Source of the DNA: Schmidtea nova | Lineage: Eukaryota | Assembly (NCBI GenBank): GCA_044892505.1 | Contig: CM097882.1 | Coordinates: forward strand, 148,180,001 to 148,244,000 | DNA: 64,000 bases | Direction of reading: 5' to 3' | Shown here: positions 12,074-21,600 of the stretch, one piece after another | How the letters are laid out: every line of letters starts with the position of its first letter | How positions within the stretch are numbered: position 1 is the stretch's first letter | Position numbers and translations under genes: made by a program | Notes under the pieces: model-generated | The model's database searches: none | What the model saw: only the letters and a program-made list of their open reading frames with translations | What the model was told of the DNA's origin: nothing

Positions 12074-12238
12074 ATTTACTCCTCATTGTCGATTCTCTCC
12101 TCTAAGAATCTTGATTGTTTGGTAGTCTGCTTCACTTTCTGCTCTCATTCTACAACAATATTTACATCAATTTCCCCATATTTTTGATTTTTTCTGGTTC
12201 TTTATTTACACGTATTTACACAATTTTCCGCTTATTCA

Positions 12239-12589
12239 CTATACATCCTCAGTTGAATCTGGCTCTGGATACACGTCTATTTCATTTACAATCCAGCTCG
12301 TCCAACTATCCGGTATCTCTTCCTCTTCATGTCTCGTTAATCTGTCAATTTCCTCTGCTTGCCAATTGTTTACTTCATTTAATGTTCGGTTCTCGTTCTG
12401 TAATTCGTTTATCTGTATTTGTTGGATCTCGATTTTGTTCATTGCTTCAAAATTACAGTTATAACTTTCGGTTAGTAATTGCGTTTTGGCCGTCAACTGG
12501 CTCTGTAATTCGTTTATTGTTCTGGCTAGCAGGTCACATTGCACTTTCCATCTTGTCATCATCGACATCTCTGTGGTTTCTTGATTCAT
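12239..12589 (-). CDS. Short coiled-coil protein, 116 aa
   Basis: ATG-initiated heptad-rich ORF with TATAAATA at 12651-12644 upstream. Confidence 0.6.
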   Translation of the reverse strand: MNQETTEMSMMTRWKVQCDLLARTINELQSQLTAKTQLLTESYNCNFEAMNKIEIQQIQINELQNENRTLNEVNNWQAEEIDRLTRHEEEEIPDSWTSWIVNEIDVYPEPDSTEDV

Positions 12590-12823
12590 CGTTTTTCTAG
12601 ATTATATACATCATTCTCTTTTTTCTGTTTTTATGTTTTATAATATTTATACCCATACGTATACGGTTATGCATTGGTTTTTACAATATTATTTACACTC
12701 ATATTCCACCCTCTATACAACTATCACTGGTTTTCCTTCGTACAGTTCCTCGTCCTCGATCTGTACCCACATCTCTTCAAAGGGTACAAAACAAGGATAT
12801 AAAGGTAAGTACGGTTTTTTTAA

Positions 12824-12962
12824 TGACTCATAGGTAAGATTTATTTGGATCACTCATTGGTATGGCTCATTGGTATGACTCATCAGTATGACTCATCAGT
12901 ATGACTCATCAGTATGACTCATTGGTATGACTCATCAGTATGACTCATCAGTATGACTCATC
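12824..12962. promoter_or_regulatory. Tandem 13-bp array of AP-1/GCN4-type sites (ATGACTCAT)
   Basis: Seven TGACTCA at 12876, 12889, 12902, 12915, 12928, 12941 and 12954, plus one at 12824. Confidence 0.75.
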
Positions 12963-13109
12963 AACAAATATTAACAAAGACAATGCAATCCATGTGCAAA
13001 GAAACAAAGACATTGCAATCCATGTGCAACGAAACAAAGACTAATGAAATATAATTTTTAATAATAATAATTTTTTGTACAGAGATAAATTGTGTGTGTG
13101 TGTGTGTTT

Positions 13110-13216
13110 AAGACAAATTACTGTACTCATTGAACGCGCGTTTCACGCGCGTTCTTCTTCCTTGTTTTATAAGACAAATCACAGTACTCATTGAACGCGC
13201 GTGAAACGCGCGTTCT
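13110..13216. repeat. 61-bp tandem unit with a perfect 10-bp-stem hairpin, loop inverted between copies
   Basis: GAACGCGCGT-TTC-ACGCGCGTTC (13132-13154) and GAACGCGCGT-GAA-ACGCGCGTTC (13193-13215); runs into an N-gap. Confidence 0.85.
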
Positions 13217-14389
13217 NNNNNNNNNNNNNNNNNNNNNNNNNNNNNNNNNNNNNNNNNNNNNNNNNNNNNNNNNNNNNNNNNNNNNNNNNNNNNNNNNNNN
13301 NNNNNNNNNNNNNNNNNNNNNNNNNNNNNNNNNNNNNNNNNNNNNNNNNNNNNNNNNNNNNNNNNNNNNNNNNNNNNNNNNNNNNNNNNNNNNNNNNNNN
13401 NNNNNNNNNNNNNNNNNNNNNNNNNNNNNNNNNNNNNNNNNNNNNNNNNNNNNNNNNNNNNNNNNNNNNNNNNNNNNNNNNNNNNNNNNNNNNNNNNNNN
13501 NNNNNNNNNNNNNNNNNNNNNNNNNNNNNNNNNNNNNNNNNNNNNNNNNNNNNNNNNNNNNNNNNNNNNNNNNNNNNNNNNNNNNNNNNNNNNNNNNNNN
13601 NNNNNNNNNNNNNNNNNNNNNNNNNNNNNNNNNNNNNNNNNNNNNNNNNNNNNNNNNNNNNNNNNNNNNNNNNNNNNNNNNNNNNNNNNNNNNNNNNNNN
13701 NNNNNNNNNNNNNNNNNNNNNNNNNNNNNNNNNNNNNNNNNNNNNNNNNNNNNNNNNNNNNNNNNNNNNNNNNNNNNNNNNNNNNNNNNNNNNNNNNNNN
13801 NNNNNNNNNNNNNNNNNNNNNNNNNNNNNNNNNNNNNNNNNNNNNNNNNNNNNNNNNNNNNNNNNNNNNNNNNNNNNNNNNNNNNNNNNNNNNNNNNNNN
13901 NNNNNNNNNNNNNNNNNNNNNNNNNNNNNNNNNNNNNNNNNNNNNNNNNNNNNNNNNNNNNNNNNNNNNNNNNNNNNNNNNNNNNNNNNNNNNNNNNNNN
14001 NNNNNNNNNNNNNNNNNNNNNNNNNNNNNNNNNNNNNNNNNNNNNNNNNNNNNNNNNNNNNNNNNNNNNNNNNNNNNNNNNNNNNNNNNNNNNNNNNNNN
14101 NNNNNNNNNNNNTTTCAACAAATATTTAAAAATAAAAACAAACAGATAAAAATGTCACAAATAACAACCAATTGATAAAAAAAAAATATAATAAAAATTT
14201 TAAAATAAAAAATTTATTTTCCTCAAAATAAATTCGTCACAATAATGTTTGTTAAAAATCAAAATCATCAATATTCTTTTTTCGCGTGAATTTTCTTTTT
14301 TCTTTAAAAATTTTTCTTATTGGCCTATAGTCTATAATAATAATAATAATAATAATAATGAATAAAATAAAATAAAAAATAAATTTACC

Positions 14390-17215
14390 TCAATATATAC
14401 CGGTGGATGTAGATGGCTGATCACGCAATTGCTGCTCCATCCTCACCAGGTATTCGTGGAGTCTGCGTGATTCAGCCGTTTCGCCATCATCGAATTCTTC
14501 ACCGTCATCATCAAATCCATCAGGTTCGGCTGGGGTATTGGTTTGATCATAACCTATAATAGTATTTTCTACCCTATAGTGCCCATATGCGAAACTTTTG
14601 TTTTTCGACACCCAATTGCGTTTGTCGTCGTTGCAATTGAGTGCCGTTTTTGTATTTTTCACACTGTAAACCTGATGATTTTTTGAGACTATACGAAACT
14701 GCGGGACTTTATATATTTTACTTGTTGTGTAACAGTCTAGGTAATTCGAATGGTTAAGTCCCGCAGTAGCCAAACATATGCCCTTGGCTTTTAAACACTC
14801 CTCGTCGCCAAGTAAACCATAGCATTTAGGCCGAAGAAAAACCCACTCTTCATATTTGAAGCCCTTATTTTCGTCCTTAAACTTTCCTATAACAGAATCC
14901 AAATTACGCGAAAATAAGGGATGGCTCGGGTCATAGTTTGAAGTATCTAAAAGTTGATCCCTCACCATAGCGGGCAAAAGAACAGAAAGCCTACAATTAA
15001 CAATTTCAAGAAAAAAGGAGTCTGTGTCTCCTGCTGCAATATTAATCTTACAATTAAACTCTTTCCTATATTTCTCTAACTCTATATATTGTAGTTCATA
15101 CATTCTTAGTTTAGACAAGTCCAAGACCGTCTGTCCTATATAACTTGGCCTATCTAAACACACAGACTCCTTCCTCAAAAGCACTGATATAAGATTATGG
15201 TCAATTTTCGTTGATTTTCTAAAATACGGGCTACTGCTATATGTAATTAATTTACGTGCCGAATTGCACAGTCTTAAATTGATACGTTTTTTCAGATTCT
15301 CTACGATTTTGCCGTAGAGACTGTTATTTAATAACTTAAAATAATTTTTGTCGAGTTTCGTGGTGGAAGAAGCTCTCAAAGCAGTATTTGTATCCACGTA
15401 TTTCTTAAAAAGCCTACTTTGATGATATTTAATAGCTCGATGAATTTTGGTCACTACAACACCTAACCTCAGAAACATCTGCAAAAGTCGCCAATGAAGC
15501 ACATAGTTTTTCTTAGGCATGTGCGTCAAAAGCAACTTATGCACCTTCGAACCTGGCACACACATCTTTTCAGCAGCTACTGGTAAATCATCCAGTAAGT
15601 CGTGAATAGATGCCGGTATCTCTAAATCCACTTCTATGGTATAACCATAGTTAAGTGAACATAAATCAACCGTAGTGCACTCCAACAAGATGTCATGAAG
15701 CAAGTGGTCATCCGTGACCCAAACAAAGTCCCCGTCCGGTAAGTTTTGTGAAAGAGCCCAGCCATACAGATTATTAATATCTATATACAGCAACTCTGTA
15801 TCTGGGCCTGATTTAACATGATGTTTATTAACGAAAGTGAGGCCGCCCCTGATTCCACCCTCAAAAAAGTTGTACATCTCCATATCTTGCAAAAGCTCGA
15901 TAGGAGATTCCAAAGTCATTAATGCAGAACACCAGCTCATACCTGGTATACCCAAAAAATTCAACGGCTCAAGTTTATTATGAGCTATACTCTTTGCACG
16001 AAATTGTTGAAAATAATCAGCCAAAAGAAATATGTCGAGTTTCATGTAAACCATCATATAATCAAATAATGAGGTACACGAATTTTCTCTCCATATTTCT
16101 TTTGCCTTTTCATAATCAGCAATTTCGACACCTTCCCAAATCGGCGGCAATTCAGTGGTCGACCTCAAGACAGATAAAGATGTAGCAACATCATATGGAA
16201 AAATTCCCTTACTGGTGATAATAGTCCCGGTAAATTCCGAAGAAGTAAGAGGAAAAGATGTTAGAGTTTTTACTAAGTTATTTAAAGATTCGCTAGCAAA
16301 TTGATACGAATCGATGAACTTCACTGTGAGTGATCCGATTCTCGCAAAAAGACTGAGAAACTTCTCACTGGTGACAGGAACACAGCTAATGTTCCACGAC
16401 TCGTATTTAGAAAGTCCGAATTTGAGGATATGATGTAAATCATATCCCCGTAGATTATGAAAAACTATCGGCAAAGTGTGTCGAATTTGCCTATTTATAT
16501 TACATTCGTTGCATGCTGCTCCTAGGTAAGCACCTGTAAAGTGATCGTGGTCTTTAACAGGATTTACTAAAATATTTTCACACAAGTAGCAGTGTGTTGC
16601 ATAAGAAAAATGTTGTATGTCTTCGTAGGTTAATATTATTTGCTTATTTTTATTTGCGAAATAATAGGGCGTTACGATTTTGCGACTTATATTTTCAATT
16701 TCTTGCAGGAATTTGGCAACGCAATCAAGGCCATAGAAGGATTTATATAATTTAACCCCAGTGAAATTATTAATAAGTAATAAACCCGCAGAAATGGGCA
16801 AATGTTTTTGGTAATATTTCGAGTCGTGAGGTAAAATTGCCTCAAAATCGGCATAAATTACAAAAGGAGGGGTCACTGTCTTCGTCCAGTCGCTAAAACG
16901 TAAAAATTTATTATTAGGAAGTGTATACAAAGTTGTGCCTATTTGGTTGGCATCACAAAGACCACGATGTCTCTTGAATGTATCTGAATTACGGAAGCCA
17001 TGCAAGCACCTAGGACACCATTTATTATAAATTCTCACTGGGGTTATCGCCGAAGTTTTACAATTTAAAAATTTGTCGATGTTATATATTCCTGCGTAAT
17101 GAAATTCTTTTTTATTTTCAATTAAAAGTAGGTTTATGACAGTGCCCCCCACTACTTTACTTTTATAGATAATATCGATGAATGGATGTTTCATCACTTC
17201 ACTTTTATTAGTCAA
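14390..17215 (-). CDS. polB: Family-B DNA polymerase, Polinton/Maverick (DNA_pol_B_2)-like, with a Zn/endonuclease-VII-like insert
   Basis: ExoI IYADFEA, ExoII FHNLRGYD, ExoIII YMKLD; motif A YIDINNLYG, motif B KLLNNSLYGK, motif C GDTDS; insert CYLC...DHDHFTG...ACNECN. First ATG is at 17194. Confidence 0.93.
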   Translation of the reverse strand: MTNKSEVMKHPFIDIIYKSKVVGGTVINLLLIENKKEFHYAGIYNIDKFLNCKTSAITPVRIYNKWCPRCLHGFRNSDTFKRHRGLCDANQIGTTLYTLPNNKFLRFSDWTKTVTPPFVIYADFEAILPHDSKYYQKHLPISAGLLLINNFTGVKLYKSFYGLDCVAKFLQEIENISRKIVTPYYFANKNKQIILTYEDIQHFSYATHCYLCENILVNPVKDHDHFTGAYLGAACNECNINRQIRHTLPIVFHNLRGYDLHHILKFGLSKYESWNISCVPVTSEKFLSLFARIGSLTVKFIDSYQFASESLNNLVKTLTSFPLTSSEFTGTIITSKGIFPYDVATSLSVLRSTTELPPIWEGVEIADYEKAKEIWRENSCTSLFDYMMVYMKLDIFLLADYFQQFRAKSIAHNKLEPLNFLGIPGMSWCSALMTLESPIELLQDMEMYNFFEGGIRGGLTFVNKHHVKSGPDTELLYIDINNLYGWALSQNLPDGDFVWVTDDHLLHDILLECTTVDLCSLNYGYTIEVDLEIPASIHDLLDDLPVAAEKMCVPGSKVHKLLLTHMPKKNYVLHWRLLQMFLRLGVVVTKIHRAIKYHQSRLFKKYVDTNTALRASSTTKLDKNYFKLLNNSLYGKIVENLKKRINLRLCNSARKLITYSSSPYFRKSTKIDHNLISVLLRKESVCLDRPSYIGQTVLDLSKLRMYELQYIELEKYRKEFNCKINIAAGDTDSFFLEIVNCRLSVLLPAMVRDQLLDTSNYDPSHPLFSRNLDSVIGKFKDENKGFKYEEWVFLRPKCYGLLGDEECLKAKGICLATAGLNHSNYLDCYTTSKIYKVPQFRIVSKNHQVYSVKNTKTALNCNDDKRNWVSKNKSFAYGHYRVENTIIGYDQTNTPAEPDGFDDDGEEFDDGETAESRRLHEYLVRMEQQLRDQPSTSTGIY

Positions 17216-17242
17216 GTCAACTAACGCATTTTCGTCATACGA

Positions 17243-17329
17243 TGAGTCATCGATGACGTCATTTATGAGTCATCGGGGGTCATGGATGACTCATCGATGA
17301 CGTCATTTCCTTTGTTCTGCGATGACTCA
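17243..17329. promoter_or_regulatory. Cluster of four AP-1 (TGA[C/G]TCA) and two CRE (TGACGTCA) sites in the ank-polB spacer
   Basis: AP-1 at 17243, 17266, 17287 and 17323; CRE at 17254 and 17298. Confidence 0.7.
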
Positions 17330-17345
17330 TGGTGCACACTTCTGT

Positions 17346-18614
17346 CTACTTCCACTGTATTGCGATATCCATGATGGAATTGTTCTTTCCATTTTTCCCT
17401 TCGATTTTGGCTCCTGCTTCGTATAACTCGTTTAGCACTTTGCAGTTCGTCTTCTTCCTTGCTGCGATTATCATGATTGTATCTCCGTTATCATCAACCG
17501 TATTCATATCTGCTTCGCACTTGACCATTGCTTTCGTTATTTCTAGCACTTCGTTTTCTTTCTTTCGACGTAATGCCCAGTGTATTGGCAATCTCCCATC
17601 TTTTGATAATAGGAATGCCACTGGCATTTGATTTTTGATCGTTTCTATGTCGGTCTCGTTATAATCTCCTTGTGCGTATCTGTGCACTTTCTCTGTAATT
17701 GCTCCTAATATCTCCAACGAATTTTTATTCTCTTTGAATTCCGATAATCTTTCCTGCGCTTTTGCTACGATTGCGTCTAGTCTCTCTTGGTAATCAGCTT
17801 TTGCGTTGAACAACACTGCTTTGCTTCTTATTCGTGTTTGCATCTGTTTCATCCGTTGGTCTTGATACACTGCTTGTCGGAAGAATTGTCCATACTTCAA
17901 TGCTTCCACCAGCTCTTTATATCGCTTGCTTATTTCTTTGTGCTGCTTTTGGATGTCATAGAAATGTTCGAAGCTCATATCCGGATTCCATTGCTTATCA
18001 CACCATTTCTTGATTAATCCGAATAATTCCCTCTTTCTGTCTTCCAACTTGTATTCTCTTGGGTTCTCGCTAACTCGTAACGTATCTCTCGCTATCAATA
18101 CTGCAAGTGTTTTTGGATCGTACGTTACTTCTAATAGATGTTTCAGTAACGCATTTTCTCCCCCTGTGAACACTTCATTACAATCTATGACCCACGAATC
18201 TCCTTCTGGCCGTTTCCACTTTAGCAATATTCTCCAGGTTCTACTGTTTCTTACTCCGATTGCTTGTTTCAGGATAGATCCTCTGGTTAGTTCATCGATT
18301 TCCCACGTGGCATTTTCCGTAATATACTTCAGTATTCGGTGATTCGCTCTATCAATTGCATGATTCAAGAATGTTCGTCCTTCTTTATCTTTTGTCATCC
18401 AATTCGATCTGGTGTTTCCGAAAAGCTTGATTATTTCATCGTTTCTTCCATGAATCGTCATCATCATAAGTGGAGTGATTCCTTCCCAATTTATTTTGTC
18501 GATCTCTCCTCCACCCTCGAGTATCATCTCTACGATCTCTTTTACTTTTTCGTTTCCACTGTGCTTGATTGCATTGTGCAACGCTGTGTTACCGTCTTTG
18601 TCTTGTAGATTCAA
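17346..18614 (-). CDS. Ankyrin-repeat protein (in-frame continuation of pol after one TAA)
   Basis: Repeats QDKDGNTALHNAI, NWEGITPLMM, KDKEGRTFLNHAI, SKDGRLPIHWAL, DDNGDTIMIIAA. There is no ATG start: the frame reads TAA-ACA-TTG directly after pol. Confidence 0.88.
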   Translation of the reverse strand: MNLQDKDGNTALHNAIKHSGNEKVKEIVEMILEGGGEIDKINWEGITPLMMMTIHGRNDEIIKLFGNTRSNWMTKDKEGRTFLNHAIDRANHRILKYITENATWEIDELTRGSILKQAIGVRNSRTWRILLKWKRPEGDSWVIDCNEVFTGGENALLKHLLEVTYDPKTLAVLIARDTLRVSENPREYKLEDRKRELFGLIKKWCDKQWNPDMSFEHFYDIQKQHKEISKRYKELVEALKYGQFFRQAVYQDQRMKQMQTRIRSKAVLFNAKADYQERLDAIVAKAQERLSEFKENKNSLEILGAITEKVHRYAQGDYNETDIETIKNQMPVAFLLSKDGRLPIHWALRRKKENEVLEITKAMVKCEADMNTVDDNGDTIMIIAARKKTNCKVLNELYEAGAKIEGKNGKNNSIMDIAIQWK

Positions 18615-18617
18615 TGT

Positions 18618-21600
18618 TTAAGGGATTTCCTCTAACAGCGTCCTTGTTATTGGATGTGCTGTTCTATCCTTTGCATACTCCATTACATTCTTTCGAACTT
18701 CTGTCAATATATTGAAATCGAGCCACCATTTCCATTCTGGTATAATTTCTCTGGTCCTCTTTGCAAGTTCCTTGATGTCTATTGCTTCTCTTCGATTGTC
18801 TTCTAGACTTGCTTGCGGCTTTGGTTGTACTCGCAACATATTAATTCTCGCCGTCTGTGATCTTGTCATCACCCGTTTCTCTGGTGATAGAGTTGCTGTC
18901 TTTGATATTTTCCTGCATCGACATGCATTCACGTATATTGGTCTTACCAATGGATTGTTCACCAATCGTACTCGCACATTATTTTCGTTCACTGTTGTTA
19001 TTTCATATGGCCCTTTGCCTGGTCGTTGGAGTTTCTTCACCGTACCGGGTATTATCTCTGGTGTTTCGATTATCACCCAATCTCCAACTTTTAAATCATG
19101 TGCTTTCACATTCTTTTTCTGATCATGCAGATCCTTGTAACTCTCTTGATAGAACTTGATGTTTAGTTCCGCCGTTTTCCAGATTTCTTGCATTCTTTCT
19201 TTGAACTTTGTAACGTAATCGTCAACCTCCATATACTGTGATAATGGTGGTTGGTACTCCAAATCGATTGGTAAGTTGCAATCTCTTCCGTACATCAGTT
19301 GGAATGGACTTAGCTTTGTTGCCGCATGTATTGACATTCTGTATGCCATTAAACACAGGTTTATATACTCGTCCCAGTCAGTCTGATGTTTACTGACGTA
19401 ATTTGACAACATGCCTATCAATGTTCCATTGAATCTTTCTGTTTGTCCGTTCGTTTGTGGATGGTATGGGGATGTTCGTAATTTCGCAATTCGGAAGTAG
19501 TTCGTAACTTCGTCTAATATTTCACTCATGAAATTCGTTCCTTGATCCGTTAGGATTTTCTTTGGTGTTCCGTATCTGCAGCATATCTCTTCCACCAATA
19601 TTCTCGCGACTGTTTTTGCCTTTTGATTCGGCATTGTGAATGCTTCTGGGAACTTTGTTAGATAGTCCGTGACTACTAATATATACTGATTCCCTTTTAA
19701 ACTTTCCGGCAATGGCCCAACTACGTCCATTGCTATCGTCGCCATAGGTTCTGCAGGTATTGGCATAGGTTTCAGTGGTGTTTTCCACTTCGTTCCGACG
19801 TTCTTTCTTGTCGCACAGGTTACGCAGTTCTTTATCCATTCTTTCACATCATCTTCCATGGTTGGCCAAAAATACTTTTGCCTCAATCTCCCGATTGTCT
19901 TTTTCGCTGACATATGTCCGCCTAATTTTCCGTCATGATATTGAGTCATGATTTCCTTTCGTCTATTCGCAGGTAAGCACATCAATCTCCGTTCTCCATC
20001 TTGTATCAATAACCATCCTTTTTCCAACACGTATCTATGTTGATATTTCTGCATATGTTCGCGTAACACTTGGTTCTTGCCGAATATTTCTATCCCCCTT
20101 TCTTTCAAATACTTGCTGATCAATCCCAACTCCTCGTCTTCGAGTTGATCTTTCCTTAATTCGCTGAAATCCAAATCCTCCGCTATTAATGCACATATTT
20201 TTAGAGCGTTCAGGTTCACCAATTCTGGAAATGTAAACCTTGACATGCAATCCGCGTTTGCATTTGATTTTCCTGCTTTAAACTTTATGAACGGTGAGTA
20301 TTCTTGTAACTGCATCGCCCAACGCATCAATCTACTTGATGATTCTTTATGTTGACCTAACCATACCAATGGTTGATGATCCGTCGAGATATATATTTCA
20401 TGACCCCACAATAGGTATTTGAAATGCTTGATTGCCAATATTATCGCATAGGCTTCTCTTTCCGTGACTGAGTAATTTCTTTCATGCTTCCTGAATGTTC
20501 GACTGTAATATCCAATTACTCTTTCCTTGCCTTCTTCATCGAATTGGCCTAGTACTGCTCCTGCTGCATATCCACTTGCGTCTGTTGCCAACAGAAATGG
20601 CTTCTTAAAATCTGGATGGACCAATATTGGCGCTGTAATCAGCTTGTCTCGTAATGTCTCAAATGCTGCTTGCTGTTCTGCTCCCCACACAAACGACACA
20701 TCTTGTCTTACCAATTCCTGCATTGGCTTTGATATTCCTGCATAGTCCTTGATAAACTTTCGATAATATCCACACAATCCCAAAAATTCTTGTATTTGAG
20801 TCACTGTCTTTGGTGGTGGACATTCTTTGACTTTCTCAATATTCCTTGGATCTGGTTCTTTACCTTTTGCTGATACAATGTGACCTAAGAATGTCACTTT
20901 CTCTTTTGCCCAATCGCATTTGGACGGCTTCAATTTCAGTTTCCACTGTCTCAATTTCACGAACACATTTCTGATATCTTGTAAGTGATCTTCAAATGTT
21001 GCGGAGTAGATTAATAGATCGTCGATATACACCATGCATTGTTTTATGCCATGTGTTACGAAATTCATGCATCTCTGGAATGATGCTGGCGCGTTTGTTA
21101 ACCCAAACGGCATTTTCTTGAATTGGTACAGATCTCGTCCGATTGTGAAAGCTGTCTTTTCTTTATCCTCGTCTTTCATTTTTATCTGCCAAAATCCGCT
21201 TTTTAAATCCAGTGACGTGAAATAGGCTGCTCCTTGTAGCGTCAACAACATTTCGTTTATGTCTGGCAGTGGGTACGTGTCTCTTTTCGTAACGGCATTT
21301 AATCGTCTGTAATCGATACAGAATCTCTGAGTTCCATCCTTCTTTTTCACCATCACCACTGGGAATTGCCAGGGTGAGCAACTAGGTTCGATGACCTCTG
21401 CATCTAACATCTTTTGTACCTCTTCTTCTGCTACTGCTTTTTGAGCTTCTGCCAGTTTATATGGTCGTAATGCGATTGGCGTTTCGTCCGTCAACGGTAT
21501 CGTGTGTAATGTTACATCGCATGTTCCTAAATCTAAATCCGATGCTGCGAATATATCTTGATACTCCATCAACAGTTTCTGTAGCTGTTCTTTTTGTCGT

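Noticed and set aside
13108-14175. Long ORFs made of X residues (also 1805, 55607, 62115, 62128)
   Set aside because: Artefacts of translating across N-gaps.
12978-17330. Complete nested Polinton/Maverick
   Set aside because: Only polB is present; no TIRs, 6-bp TSD, ATPase, capsid or protease are seen, and the 896-N gap is too small to hold them if sized correctly.
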